From contig OX597830.1 in the NCBI GenBank assembly GCA_951406725.2, forward strand, positions 39,742,001 to 39,806,000: a stretch of DNA of 64,000 bases. Reading direction: 5' to 3'. Below are positions 11,994-28,340 of the stretch, piece by piece (positions within the stretch are counted from its first letter, which is position 1; every line of letters starts with the position of its first letter). The notes beneath the pieces were generated by a model. The model worked only from the letters and a program-made list of their open reading frames with translations. It searched no databases and was not told where the DNA came from. The position numbers were made by a program, and so were the translations under genes. The DNA comes from Octopus vulgaris. Taxonomy: Eukaryota.

Positions 11994-14900
11994 AAATCCA
12001 CTCACAAGGTTACAGTAGAAAAAGGGTGCCACGTAGTGGAACCGAACCCGGAACCATGTTCTTGGTAAGCAATATATATATATATATATATATATAAAAA
12101 TCAGGGTGTGAAGTAGATTTTATTCGCATACACAGCAACTCCAGCTGCTAACCGTGGACTATGAAATAGCTTTTTTCAGCTTATCTAACTTCGATTTGGA
12201 AAAAAAATTACAACCTTCTACATCAATAAATCACTATTATTGCTGAGAGTTAATTTTTCTGTCTTCTACAGACTGCTCAAAACTTACTAACTGCATATAC
12301 TGTAATCCTTGGAACTTATCTTTACATGTGTGTGTGTGTGTGTACCACCCCTTGACAACTGGTGTTGGTGTCTTTACGTCCCCGTAACTTACGGTTCTGT
12401 AAAAGAGAACGACAAAATAAGTACCAGGCTTTAAAAACAATAAGTACTGGGGTCGATTCATTCGACTAAAAATTCTTCAAGGCGGTGCCCCAGCATGGCC
12501 ACATTCTAATGACTGAAACAAGTAAAAAAACTTCACGATATATAGTGCTTAGCTTGGCAAACCCACGATATTTTTGGAACAGCAAATCAAACAGTAGCTC
12601 ATTCTATCTCATATCACATGCTACGGTCTTAAGAAAGAAGAACGAATATATTAGATTGTGTAGCAAGAAAAAAATTATTCCTGAGATGATGGGATTGGTT
12701 GATTAGGCTTGAGCTGGGCTACATAACAATAACACCATCTAACCCGAGGGATCACCAGAGATCGCGGGCTGGGCATTAATGCGTATTGATATCGAGAGAA
12801 ATTTAGATATGTTTATTTCGTGTGTTTTCGCGAGTGCTTTTCTATGTTGGTTCATTAGGCTGCTATTCAGAGGTTTCCCTGGCGTGTGGATGGTTCATCG
12901 GACAGAGAGAAGACAACTGCTCCAGTATGAGGAACCGGCTACACAAACATGCGCGCGAATACACACACCACATACACTCACATACAAGGAAGCATATTAA
13001 CATATGTGCAACATACGTATCTATATATATACATATGTGTGTGTGTAAATATACGTACATATATATATATATATATATAAATATATATATATACATACAT
13101 ATATATACACACGTATATGTATACAGTGTATGCGTGTATATATATATATATATATATGCGTGTGTGTGTTTTATGTTTGTTCGTAGTCTTAAACCAGTGA
13201 GCTGTAAATCGTTAGTTCCAGAAAATACAAACGAAAATGTTTATTTCTAAGGCTGGTGTCAAAGGTTATTTTCTGTATTTATTCATTTCATTTTTATTTT
13301 ATAATTTTTTTAAAACAGTTTTTAGGTCATTTCTGATTTACGGGTATTCATTGTTCCAAGAGTTTATTCAGCAGTTAAAAGTGCAACTGACCTTTCACAC
13401 ATTCGTTCTCTATCAAACTCATATATGACGTGCGATATTTCTAACCTACGAAAATAGTTTGTAAAATCGATTAAGTGGCCATCGATAAATTGTTTTGGGT
13501 CGTTGTTTTTAAGTTGATAGACATTTTAGGCGTTACGCTTAGTGCTGCAGCGTCATGGTGCGAGAAGCAGGTGAAAGGAATCCCTCAAACCACTCCTCAA
13601 GGTAGGAAAGGCCTAACCGCTTGTATGATTCCTGGTCATTTTGGTGTCGTTCCAGACAACTAAATGAATCTAAGGTTATGTAAAATAAAGTATTCTACCG
13701 AGAAATACTAAGAAATTTTCTCAGAGTCAGACTCTGGAACATCTGCTGGTTGCTCGATCTGCAATAAACGGCATCTTGCTTTTACCAAAATCACACTTTA
13801 TCATTATAAACTTTTTCTACAATAGGCACAAGGCCTGAGATTATGGAGGACGAAGCAAGTCGATTACATTGATCCAAGTACTCAACTGGCATTTATTTTA
13901 TCGACCCAAAAAGGATGAAAGGCAAAGTCGACCTCAGCGGAATTTGAACTCAGAACGTAAAGCATTTTGTTATGGCTATTTCTACAGATTTTCGATAGGA
14001 ATTATCACCAGCACTGATTTTGTTACGACGCTTCATATCCAGGACGCCTGATGTAAGCAAACAATGAGATCGTAGATGAGAAATGGGTAATGGGCATATT
14101 TGACATATTTCAGGGTTTGTTGCTCCTTCATCAGGACTCATCCAACCCGTTAATCATCCACGAACTCGTTGCTTAAATATACACTACATACAGCGGTGTA
14201 ACGTCATTGGACATTCCAATTGTATGTCTTAAACACATTCCTGGAAGCTGGTACGTAAATGCTGATGGCCTGCTGGAACACAGTATTTCGTTATGCAACC
14301 ATAGTAAAATTATGTTAAAGTATATTAAACATGTATTATACGCCCATTACCCATTTTCATCTTCCTTGTCATTGTTTGTTGCTTGTGACGAAACACAAGC
14401 AAGATTTGATCGCACAACCCACAGTCACGTAGCTTGCTTTGTTACTGATCCAGCCAATTTAACTCTATCTTAAACATATTAATTGTAACTTGTTTTACAA
14501 ACCCTGTAGGAATGAAAGGAAGCATTGACCTGGTGCGATTTCTCTCCTGAACAAAGTCAAATTCATATAACCCTGTAAAGCATTTCCTCGTTCCTTGAGT
14601 GAAAACGAGTAATTAAGAAGTTTGTGTCTCGACTACGTAATCTCGAGATCGATCCTTCTACATGGCACCTGGGACATGCAGTTATCTTCTTTTATAGCCT
14701 CAACTTGACCAAAGTCCTGTGAGTGAAATTAGACTGACGGACACAGTACTAAGTGATCGTTCCATTTCTTGTGTGTGAGTGACAGATTTCGTTCATCACG
14801 TGGTTTAATAAAAGCGCTGGGTCTTTATGTCCACTTAGCGAAGAACATTTTGTTACAAGTATTCAAACCAAGTCACTGATCTTTGGATTACTTCTTTCTA

Positions 14901-15897
14901 CCCACTACTATTGAATAACTTGAAAACTGTCTCGGGTACATCCTTTCTTTGATTAGCCATGAGAAACGTAATACGAAATCGGTCGTTTAATTATTCCGTT
15001 AACTCACCGAATTCTTTGTTAATAATATTCGTTTCTAACATAAACACTGACCTCAACATTGAGAGGAAATTGATTAGATCGATACCAGTACTTAATTGCT
15101 TTTTTTATATTATATTTTCTTTTTATATTATCGGTCCCGACAGGATCGAATGCAAAACCACTTTCTGCGTATTTGAACACAGAACGTAAAATTACGCAAC
15201 AAAAATAATTTCTTGTTAAATCATAAGATTTAAATCAATCAAAACACAGGTAAATGGTCTGTAACATGATGTTTACTCCTTTCCAAAATACTTCACGAAT
15301 TAAGAAAATTATATCAATAAGCTGAGACTTGTTCTACGGTCTTATCTCTCATCTGATGTGTGTGATAATTGTTATTGTTAGTGTCTAATACCGGGTTAGG
15401 CTTGATCGATTTAAATCTATTGATCTAATCATTCCACTCAAGGCAAACGTGAATGAGTGAATCGTTTCAGCGTCAGTCAACACGCTCGCAGTATTTGATT
15501 ATGGTTTTTTTTATCATATGAATTTAAATCTGGCCAATATCATTTTTGCTTTGCATCTTCCAGAATCTATAAATTAGAATAGCACTCATATATTCGGTCG
15601 ATTCCTGTATGTCTTAGATATGAATGGAATTATAACAGAAGATATCTAAAAGACGAGGTGACGATTTTTAAGAGCCATTAGAGCAACAAACAGCGTAACT
15701 TATGGTATTTATTTCGGTTACCTGAGTTCGAATCTCTCTGAGATTGCTTAAATTGCTTGAAATTCCTTCGCTAGCATTACTAACAACACAGAAGCGCTAG
15801 ACATAAGTAACCTGAGTAAAGGCCTATGTCATTAAGAGAATTTCAGCTTGCATGAGGTTTTTATCGCAAGGTTTTTTATCCAAAAGCATATTAAATC

Positions 15898-16185
15898 TGG
15901 AGGCGCATGGCTTAGTGGTAAGGGCTGTTTAGCTCATGGTCGTATGAAAGTGATTTCGATTCCGGGACCGGGAGGTGCGTTGTGTTCTTCATTGCACGTA
16001 ACTCCAGCCCACTCAGCTGAAGATAATGAAGAATCTTGCGACGGACCAACGTTCTGTTCAGGGACGAAACATTTACGCCGGACAATCCAGGAAAGAGACC
16101 TTAGGTGTCTATATGATGAGGGAACGGCCCAAAACTTATTAAAACGGTTCATTCCACATGTTAACCCGTTTAACTTACATGGATA
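15898..16185 (+). mobile_element. Old tRNA-derived SINE
   Basis: ggcgcatggcttagtggtaagg...ttcgattccggg head, then gttgtgttct body similar to 23395-23712. Confidence 0.6.
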
Positions 16186-16189
16186 AATC

Positions 16190-17572
<1,383 letters not shown>

Positions 17573-18092
17573 ATTATTTAGAAACCTCCTAAACAACAAT
17601 AGACGTGGGTTCAATTTTCTTAGAAATTGTGATTAAGTACTGCAGTTCGTTCTTAAAAAAGCCTGGCAGTTATTTTAGTGAAACTGCCTTTAAAGTGCAG
17701 AAACTGTTAAAGTTTAAAGCAATTATGTTTCTTATTAAAATGTCATTTTAAAATAACTGCACATTTTCGTTGATGCTGTTGTCGATCTTACTGCCGACGT
17801 TGCTGTTTTATGTATGTGTTTGTGCGTGTGCATGTGTGCATATGTGTATGTATACACATACACATATACTCACGCATATATATACATATATATATATACA
17901 TGTACACACACACACACACATATATATATATACATACATATACATGTATACATGTATATATGCACGTGAGAGTGTGCATAATTTCTATTTGACATTTGCA
18001 TCTATTAGAGATGGAAATTTGAGCTATAAAATTGTTAATTAATTTTCTTCTAATGGTGTCTACTCCAGTAACGAAAGAGACATAATCTCTTG

Positions 18093-18164
18093 GTGAACCG
18101 AGTCCGTGACTCGGTTTCGATTTCCGGTCATAGACCGGTTCACATCACTCTCATCTTCAGGCAC
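18093..18164 (-). ncRNA. Hammerhead-like motif with long stem III
   Basis: Minus strand gtgc-CTGAAGA-T-GA..CCGGTC tat GACCGG..TC-GAAA-CCGAGTC acg GACTCGG-TT-cac; stem I is one base out of register. Confidence 0.5.
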
Positions 18165-18234
18165 GAAATAGATAAACATAATGGTAATACCAACAGAAAG
18201 GTTTAGAGTTCAAAACTGCCACATTAGAGTTCAA

Positions 18235-19280
18235 AACCGCAGCTCGTCTCATTGACCGATCAACAAACAGGGATCAAGCAGAGACCGAGGCTGAGGAAAT
18301 GGCACCGCGAATGTCGCTATGCACTCGAGCAGCTCTGCCATCCGGATTCAAACTTGTCTGATTTCAATTCCATCAAGGCGTTCTATAGGGGATTAGTGGA
18401 GAGGAGGTGCGATGACGTTCTTGTTGAGACTCAGGGCGTCGACAGGGAATACTTGACTTGTCTCTTCAGAATCACTTTCGGGCCAGGACCTATGGACAAT
18501 TTTCAGATATTCCTGACTTGGTAGTGCATTGTCCATTCGAGATAAGGTCTACAGACACGGTTCAAGAAACACCCAACCGAGCTGCCCGAGATGCGGTCAG
18601 AGCGACGAAACCATTCTGCACGCACTCGTGCAATATCCAAATATTCCAGACCTGTGGGCCTATGTCGAACGGCTACCATCACATGTGGGACGAGTCCTGT
18701 TGTCAACCGAGTCAATCATAGGTATTGCCCCGCCGCCTTCCTTTAACCGGGAGGGCAAGATAGTTTTCATTGTACATGAAACTATGGCGAAAAAATGTGT
18801 ATGGTGGACTTGTTTGAAAGGTTTAAAGTCAAAATACTTTACTCTCTGGCCAACCTTTCATCAACTTTTTCAATAATTACTTGAAAAGGAAGGTGAGAAT
18901 AGAGAGGGAAGTTTTGTCTAATGAAAAGTTTAATAAAAGGTAGGTGAGTGTAGCAAAGATGGTACACATGAATGACGGACCCACGTTGAGCATGAACCTA
19001 TAAAGCAAAAAGAGAAAGGGCGCTTTGCTCTCATGCATTTTTCCCGAGGATACCGTGGTTTTTTCCGTAGGTGTTTCTTTCCACGTATAACCTTAGTCAG
19101 TGTTAAAATCTCTCCCCCAAATGGGAATTTTTGTTTGGTTGTTAAAATGTTATCTTGTTATCTCTTTGTGTACATGTCGCAAAACGTTTTCAATCCCTAT
19201 TGATCGGTTTTGAAAAGAAAAATTCTACATTGTATTGCTCCTTCTGTGTTCGGCCCTGCGTTGCTTAATAAAGAAATCTA
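18235..19280 (+). mobile_element. Tx1/L1-like LINE 3' fragment (zf-RVT and 3' UTR), degraded
   Basis: IRDKVYRHG...SCPRCGQSDETILHALVQYP...LW; ends gccctgcgttgcttaataaagaaa. Confidence 0.8.
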
Positions 19281-19683
19281 TCTTTCTCTTCGAAAGAACA
19301 TTAGTAAGAGATAATTTTTCGCTCCTTGTTTTTGTACTTGAGAAGACATGTATACTGTTGTTGCTGATATTAACAAGATTTCTACTCGGTGTTCTTAAAT
19401 TGTTTGTATTTTCTTTTTATTCCTGTTTGTTATTAGCATTTTGTGTTACCGCTAAAATAATATTTTATTTTTGTTTCTTGTCTATATTTAAAATGACTTT
19501 ATTTGTGCATTTTCAGCTATTTTTCGGGGTTTGGTATGAAATATACATCGCTATTTTTTACGGTAATGTAAAAAAAGAACTTTGTCCAAAAGAAAACATT
19601 GTTTCAAGGTCTTTTACGCTACTTGACAAAATTCTTTTGATTTCAGAGTGAATTGTAGACAAACGCTAAGATGCATCAACAAC

Positions 19684-19740
<57 letters not shown>

Positions 19741-19850
19741 CAATAATAGGCTTACAAAGAATAAGTCCTTGGGTTGATTTGCTCGACTAAAGGCGGTGCT
19801 CCAGCATGGCCGCAGTCAAATGAATGAAAGAAATAAAATAATAAAAGAAA

Positions 19851-20062
<212 letters not shown>

Positions 20063-20063
20063 G

Positions 20064-20375
20064 TGGAGGCGCAATAGCCCTGTGGTTAGGGCAGCGGACT
20101 CGCGGTCGTAGGATTGCAGTTTCGATTCCCAGACCGGGCGTTGTGAGTGTTTATTGAGCGAAAACACCTAAAGCTCCACGATGCTCCGGCAGGGGATGGT
20201 GGCGATCCCTGCTGTACTCTTTCGCCAGAACTTTCTCTCACTCTTTCTTCTGATGGCCTGCTCGCTTAACCAGCGAGGTAGCGTCATTTAAAGGCTAAAA
20301 CAATGCGAAGCGCATTGTGACCAGCGATGTGTAGCAACATCTGATAGCCTGGTCGGTCATGGTGATCACGGTGAT
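20064..20375 (+). mobile_element. tRNA-derived SINE family C
   Basis: ggaggcgcaatagccctgtggttagggcagcggactcgcggtc...ttcgattccc head; its 3' part recurs inverted at 50271-50398. Confidence 0.8.
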
Positions 20376-20696
20376 ATATATACATAATTCGCTTAGACAT
20401 TGTAGGACTAATAATCTAGTGTATAACTCAATGCTTCAGAACGAAGCATTAGCCGAGCACAGAGAGGTTATAAGGTAACGAGATGACAAAGGAATAAACA
20501 ATTACCTCATCAATTTTCTTAGTTCAATCTGTAAGCCAATGAAGTTCATAAGATAATTTTTTATTCCTTTGTCATCTCATATTCTGAGATAGATAGACAG
20601 ATAGATAGATAGGTGATAGATGATTGATGATAAAATAGATAGATAGATAGATAGATAGACAGAAAGATAGAAAGATACATATATACATGCATACGT

Positions 20697-20732
<36 letters not shown>

Positions 20733-21420
20733 GTATGTCTACTACATTATTAGTGTTAACAATTAACCGAATGGAATAAACTATTTTGTGAAGAGACCAA
20801 TAATTCTTCGCTCGCACACAACATAATAATTTATGTTCGATGCGAAGCGTTCGTTGGCGAACTGGTACAATCTTTAACGCGTCGGATAGAATACCTGCTT
20901 GATTTTCTTCTGTTGTCTCTGTTCAAATCTCGCAGAGGAAGATTCTCTCATTCAGTGATTTTAATTTCGGTAAATAACTTACCAGTTGATAGTAGCACAA
21001 CGGCAGGAATATTTGAGTATCAGAAGGGATGCCTTGTGATATCCTCTCTGGTTAGTTCGATCTGACGTCATGGCTCGCGATTACACTAAAGCCAAGTTGT
21101 AATATCATTTGCTTTGAATTTAGAAAACATCGGTGGCCTAGAGAACTGTGACAAGTATGAACGGACACCTACTAGTCTGCCATAAAACAACTTGTACAGG
21201 ACCACGCCTAAGACAGAAACTTTCTAGGTAAGAGTTCGTAATCTTACTAGACATACTATGCACTCCATCCATGCACTCATTAAATCCCTAGTCTCCCACC
21301 CCTACGCCGACTTAATTGTTTCTCTTAATAAATAAGGTTGTGATTGAATGTAATTATGATCATCATCATCATCATCATTATTATTATTATTATTATTATT
21401 GTTATTATTATTATTATTAT

Positions 21421-22035
21421 TGGCGGTGAACTGGCAGAAACGTTAGTACGCTGGGCGAAATACTTAGCAGTATTTCGTCTGCCGTTACGTTTTGAGTTCA
21501 AATTCCACCGAGGTCGACTTTGCCTTTCATCCTTTCGGGGTCGATAAATTAAGTACCAGTTACGCACTGGAGTCGATGTAATCGACTTAATCCCTTTGTC
21601 TGTCCTTGTTTGTCCTCTCTATGTTTAGCCCCTTGTGGGCAATAAAGAAATAAGAAACGTTAGCACGTCGGGCGAAATGCGTAGCCGTATTTCGTCTACC
21701 GTTTCGTTCTGCTTTCAAATTCTGCCGAGGTCGATTTTACCTTCCATCCTTTTGGGGTCGATTAATTAAGTACTAGTCACGCACTGGAGTCGATGTAGTC
21801 GACTTAATCCGTTTATCTGTCCTTGTTTGTTCCCTCTGTGTTTAGCCCCTTGTGGGCTAAAGAAATAAGTATTTCGTCTGTCTTTACGTTCTGAGTTCAA
21901 ATTACGCCGAGGTCGACTTTGCCTTTCATCCTTTCGGGGTCGATAAATTAAGTACCAGTTGCGTACTTGGGTCGACATAAACGACTGTCCTCATGCCCCA
22001 AAATTTCGGGCCTTGTGCCTAGAGTAGAAAAGAAT
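21421..22035 (+). mobile_element. Trimeric SINE family A
   Basis: Three head/core repeats joined by tgtccttgtttgtc...gccccttgtggg...aaagaaata linkers. Confidence 0.9.
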
Positions 22036-23108
22036 ATTTCAAGAAAAACACATTTATTACAAGACTAACTTAACGCGTGTATTTTCTCGTTATTGAAAAT
22101 CATTTCGTATTATCAAATTATCTCCTTTTAATATATCAACTTGCAATACACTCCTCGTTTATACTTCTCTTTATTAACTCCTCGATTATTCGATTTTATA
22201 TTCTGTACTGAGTAATCTTTTCAACCAGGAAAATAGTTTTTCAACGATGTCTATTTGTGGTGAATAATGGAGAAGAGACGCATATTAAATTGCTATCAGT
22301 AAAAATGCTGTCAATATACTCTATCAATCACAAAAATTGGATTATTTTGCTTTTTGTGAAAAAGAAATAGCGTCATTATATCACAATTTATCGCACATTT
22401 TGCACTCTGATGCAATACTGCTGTTTACAGCGATCGCAAATAGGGCAGAAATATTACTTTGTTAAATAAATAGTACAAGAAGCTAACGCTCTTGCGGTCG
22501 TTGACCATCTTTCGGTAAAACGATAACAACAATCTTATAAACCTGCCTGGCTGCTTCTGTTAGCAGTGAGAGTCATATTAAATGTTCGTAATTTATTCCC
22601 TGTTAGTTTCTTTCGATGATAAATATTTACGAGATACCTTTTTTCTTTTAAATTAACGCATGTTTTAAGATTTGTAAATAATAAAGGACAGCCTAACCAA
22701 AGGGTCGTTCCTTTTTGTTATTACTATATTTAATCAATGTCCGAAGCCTTTTTTGTTTTTTGGTATTGATCGAGCTTATTAATTTTTAAATTACTGGTAT
22801 TGCTGTCGTTGTTGTTGTTGCTGTTACTGCTGCTGTTGTTGTTATTGTTCGTGTGATATTTAGGTCAAAGACTAAAGATATTTAAATTGTTATATCCTGT
22901 CATACGAGTGGAGTTCGAATTGAGCAACATTATCCAAAGTAATGATGATTTTTACGCGTGTATGTGCTTGTATGTATGCTTTTATGTATGTATGTATTTA
23001 TGTATGTATGTATGTAAGTATGTATGTAGATGGGGTAGTGAGTGTATGAGCGTACACAATTGATAATGTATACAGGTTATACATACATATACACACGCAT
23101 ATTTATAC

Positions 23109-23141
<33 letters not shown>

Positions 23142-23146
<5 letters not shown>

Positions 23147-23340
23147 AATCCATAATGGATCGCTAGCCATTAAACATTCTTTATTTTCTCTCCTTGTTTC
23201 TTTCTGTGTTCCTTTCCGTGGAAGAGCGTAGGCTCGAAACGTTAAAACCTTTTCCAATTCCCGAGCGTTATACTAATACATCTGTTTGTTGTCTACACCA
23301 CTTGCCTTCGTCTTTTGTCTTTTTTTGTGAATTCTCCCCT
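23142..23340 (+). mobile_element. (TA)n-embedded pLTR-like unit with hammerhead-like motif at 23211-23248
   Basis: ttt-CCGTGGA-A-GAGC-gtag-GCTC-GAA-ACGT-T-aaa; same family as 39450-39600 and 46985-47205. Confidence 0.6.
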
Positions 23341-23394
23341 ATATATATATATTCTCCCCTATATATATAATTATTTATATATGTTTATGTGTTT

Positions 23395-23712
23395 GCATGG
23401 CTCAGTGGTTAGAGCGTCGAGCTTACGATCGTGAGGTTGTGAGTTCGAATCCCGGACCGGGCTGCGTGTTGTGTTCTTGAGCAAAACACTTTATTTTACG
23501 TTGCTCCAGTTGTGACGTAGTTGTGACGTCACAGGTGCCAAGCTGTATCGGCCCCTTCGAGTTTCCTTGGATAACACTGGTGGCGTGGTGAGAGGAGGCC
23601 GGTATGCATAGGTGACTGCTGGTCTTCCATAAACAATCTTGCCCAGATTTGTGCCTGGGAGGGTAACTTTCTAGATGCAATCCCATGGTCAGTCATGACC
23701 GAAGGGTGTCTC
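23395..23712 (+). mobile_element. tRNA-derived SINE family D
   Basis: tggctcagtggttagagcg (A box) ... gagttcgaatccc (B box), then ttgtgttcttgagcaaaacactt body. Confidence 0.85.
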
Positions 23713-23783
23713 AGCTCAGCATGCGTGTGAATATAAATAAATATGTGTGTGTGTACGTATAAATATATAATAATTCATATATG

Positions 23784-23815
<32 letters not shown>

Positions 23816-24306
23816 CTGTATATATGTATATATATATACACTCTATATATATATATGTATGTATACGCACAATGTAATAGCACGAATTTGATCCAAGTCT
23901 GAGGGAATGCCTTTCCAATGCCTAAAACCGCAAATATTACGTGATTTTTCTATTAGAATTTTCGCGTAAATAGGCGTTGCAAATGGAAATGGTACGGAAA
24001 CATTTGTAAGTTATAATTAAAGATGTGTTAAAGAAAATTCTTTGTCTTCTGGTTTTTTTTTTTTTGGTTTTTTTTATTAGGGTGCAGGAGTGGCTTACCA
24101 ATCCCCTGTCTATAGTCTCGGGCCAACCAAAGCCTTGTGAGTGGATTTGGTAGATGAGAACTGAAATTAGCGGTTCGGCAAAAGCCACCGATAGAATAAG
24201 TACTAGGCTTACAAAGAATAAGTCCTGGGATCGGTTTGTTCGACTAAAGGTGGTTCTCCAGCATGGCCGCAGTAAAAATGACTGAAGCAAATAAAAGAAT
24301 AAAATA

Positions 24307-24489
<183 letters not shown>

Positions 24490-25655
24490 TGAATAAGAAA
24501 TTATATAACAGTTTTCTCAGCCACCCCTCTTTCTTCTGTTTCACACATAAACACATACAAAAGCGTAATCTATGCTGTGTAGCCGTAATATGCTTTTTAA
24601 ATAGATGCCGCTGAGAATTTACAAATGTTTTTCTGTGCGAATGTGTACGTGAGGATGTCTATGAACATATTCGCTTACATTCCTTTATGTCAGTACACAA
24701 GTGTATGTATGTGTATGAGTACATGTTTACCAGAGATTAAATGAGAAAAAATAAGTTCAATATAAACAAAGACATGTGAAATCTACCCATGGCAAAAAAT
24801 ATTACATCCTCTTTCTCTCTTTCCCGCAAATATGAATAATAATCTAAATATAGGCAAATGCTTAAATAATTATTTTCAAGGATTAAATTGCATAAAAATA
24901 TATAAACCATGTGCAATTATAGACAAATTTGAATACTTATGGAAATAGCAGATATAATGACCCGAAATGTTGCTTTGAAGAATACATATAAATGTTATTT
25001 AATTGCGTCTATGTTTAACTTATAACATTTTTTTCTAAAAATACATACTAAAATTAGTAGCTGTAACATTTGCAATTCTAAAACCAGAGACATTGATGAG
25101 AAACAAAGAGAGCGCGGGAAGGGTGATAAGATAAATTTTGATAATGAAATATACAAGTCAACGAACTTCTTCGCTAGTGCTAATTATGAAAGCTTTCAGT
25201 TTGTCAAATTAAGCGTTTCAACTGCTAAAATGACGGACGTGACGCTGGGCTGTAGTTAAATGTTTTGATAATGAACTCTGAGTAAACCATCATATAATGA
25301 TGACTTCAAACTTTGGCTCAAGGACAGCAATTTTGGAGAGAAGGTTAGTCGATTGCATCCACTCCAGTGTTAAACAGGTACTTATTTTATCGATCCCCGA
25401 CAAGATGAAAGGCAAAGTCGAACTCGACTGAATTTGAACTCAGAATGTAAAGATGGACAAAATGCCGCTAAGCATTTTGCCCGGCGTGCTAACAATTCAG
25501 CCAGTTCGCCTCCATTTAACCATTATATAATAATACTAAGAGAAACACTGTGCTTTGGTCTGCTTTATTTTAGTTTATGTAACATATACTATGATATTTT
25601 CTCAATATTTTATATGTATACTTGTGTATGTGTATGAGTGTGTATCTATCTATCT

Positions 25656-25700
<45 letters not shown>

Positions 25701-26722
25701 GTATACATATATATACACAAATATTTTTAGAACGGTATAATCCAATGTGTTCGTTTGTAATTTAAAATGTAATTGAAAGGTAATTTGGGTTACTATTTTT
25801 TGCAAATCGTGTGAACGTGCAGAGGCCTTTTTTCATTGCCCCGATGTAAACGTTATCCAAATCAGCCTTGATAAAACAAGCTATGAAGAAGGCCGTTCTT
25901 GTCGTGACCATCTGGTCATTTTGCATGTCAGGAACTGCATTGTTAAATACAGAGTATATATCATAAATATGGATACCATTAGCAAGAAATATTCCAATAC
26001 GACACCGGAAGTAAAAATACATATTGTATTTGTGAATCTAGCCACCAAACACAATAAGTTGGAGACCGTTTTTTGAACGTCGTCAGTTCCTCCTTGTTCA
26101 TGGTCGAAAAGAAGTGGCAGCCTATGATGGCAACCAGAGGCTACCAGTTCATCTGTTTCCGAAAGAAACATTCTCCGCGGTCAGAGATCGTCAGTGCCAT
26201 ACTGTTCATCAGAGATCATCAGGACAAGGAAGTACGTTCAGCAGTGACTGTTGTTGATGATGTCTTGAACTTCATGAATAAACTGCTGGCCAAGCAGCAG
26301 ACTGAAACCCTTTCAATGAAACAAGTAAAAGATTAAAAGATAATTTAATACAGAGTATTTAAGGTAGTGATCATCTAAAATTTGATTAAAAATACTTATC
26401 TTGTGATGAGAAGACAATGTTGGCTCATAACTGTGATCAGTTCACCAAATACGGAAATTAACTCTGGATCAGTTTCGTTCTTATCTGCTGTCTTCAAGGA
26501 AACAGAAACCTCATTCGAAACCTACTGAAGTAGTGATGAGAGAATTACTAAATTTATGTACAATAATTCTACATTTGTTGGCATGAAAACTAGCGTATTT
26601 TAAAGATTTACCGAGAATGATTTATTTCAAAATAAGATGTTGTGACATTCCTTATATTTTTCATTGCGTGACTGCGAAAATAGAAGGTGTGAAGATTCTG
26701 AACAAACAACTGTGAATATTCT

Positions 26723-26934
26723 TTTCTGCTCTAGGCACAAGGCTCTAAATTTTGGGAGATGAGCCCAGTTGATTACATCGACCATAGTACGCAACTGGTA
26801 CTTAATTTATCGACTCCGAAAGAATGAAAAGCAAAGTCGACCTCGGCGGAATTTGAACTGAGAACGTAAAGACAGATGAAATAATGCTACGCATTTCGCC
26901 TGGTATGCTAACGTTTCTGCTAGCTCGCTGCCTT
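26723..26934 (-). mobile_element. SINE family A monomer with 16-bp TSD
   Basis: aacaactgtgaatatt on both sides. Confidence 0.9.
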
Positions 26935-27734
26935 AACAACTGTGAATATTGTCGATGTGTTAATGGTGCGAGAATCGTTACTGTGCCGGACGAAATGCTT
27001 AGAGTTATTTCGTCCGTCTTTACATTCTGAGTTCAAGTTCTGCCAAGTTCGACTTTGCCTTTCATCGTTTCAGAATCGATAAAATAAGTATCCGTTGAGC
27101 ATTAGGGTCGATGTAGTCGACTTACTCCTTCTCCCCGCTATTGCTGGCCTTGTGCCAAAATTTGAAGCCAATATTAACATTGTGCTGTTAATCGTTCTGT
27201 TCAATTCTGTTTGAGTAAAATCCCATTCTTCAAGGGAAATGTAAATTCACTTAAATCTAAAGTTTGTATAACTCACGTCTTTAAGCAGCAGTAGTACTAT
27301 ATTTTTGCTGACTGTTATTTCTTAGTTCAATTCCTGTTGCAGTGCTTAAACAGTTGAAAAGAAAGCATCAGGTGGCGACAAATGGAGCGCGCTAGTGAAG
27401 ACATTATTGGTTGAATACTAATTAATGCAACTACATCAAGTGTAGTCGGAGAGAAATACGCTTGAATCATAAGAACATGTTTTCTGGTATAATAGTGAGA
27501 TCTTTCCGTTGTTCTGTATGCTTTTATGATGATTGAGAGGAATGGGAAAAAAATCTTCAAATTATTCTATAGATTAGTTTTTGCAAGTGGACAAGCACCT
27601 GCTGTGATATATGAATTTGATTTGCTCTAAATACCAAGTATAACTGTGGAAATCCAAAGTTTCAGTTTTGTTGGGCAAATGAAAAATTCGAGTTTTCTTG
27701 AATAACTTGAATTCCAGCATTATTGATTTATGTA

Positions 27735-28340
27735 AGGCGGCGAGCTGGTAGAATCGTTAAGCACGCCGTGCCCAATGCTTAGCGGTATTTCGTCTGTCTT
27801 TATGTTCTGAGTTCAAATACCTCCGAGGTCGACTTTGCCTTTCATCCTTTCGGGGTCGATTAAATAAATACCAGTTACGTACTGGGGTCGATGTAATCGA
27901 CTTAATCCGTCTGTCCTTCTTTGTCCTCTCTGTGTTTAGCCCCTTGTGGGTAGTAAAGAAATAGGTATTTCGTCTGTCGTTACGTTCTGAGTTCAAATTT
28001 CTCTTTCATCCATTCAGGGTCAATAAAATAAGTACCAGTTGAGCACTGAGACCGATGTAATCAATTTATCGCCTCTTCCGAAACTGCTGGCCTTGTGCCA
28101 AAATTTGATACCATTATTATCAGACGGACGAAGGCGGTGAGCTGGCAGTATCGTTAGCACCCCGGGCAAAATGCATAGAAGCATTTCGTCCGTCTTTATG
28201 TTCTGAGTTCAAATTCCGTCGAGGTCGACTTTTCTTTTTATCGCTTTTGGGATCGATAAATTAAATACCAATGAAACACTGGTGTCGATCTTATCGACTA
28301 GTCCCCCTCCCCAAATTTCAGGCCTTATACCTATGGTAGA
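27735..28340 (+). mobile_element. Composite multimeric SINE family A with 20-bp TSD
   Basis: cagcattattgatttatgta (27715-27734) / cagcattattgagttatgta (28341-28360). Confidence 0.88.

Noticed and set aside
14095-14142. Minus-strand CTGATGA..GAAA-TATG-TC
   Set aside because: Stem I does not pair; at best a decayed HHR
20064-23460. tRNA-like sequences at 20064 and 23395
   Set aside because: A/B boxes run into SINE bodies without a proper acceptor stem; these are SINE heads, not tRNA genes
25780-26230. Possible piggyBac-like remnant (FTSGVVLEYF, acidic stretch) on the minus strand
   Set aside because: Only one weak motif; needs a profile search
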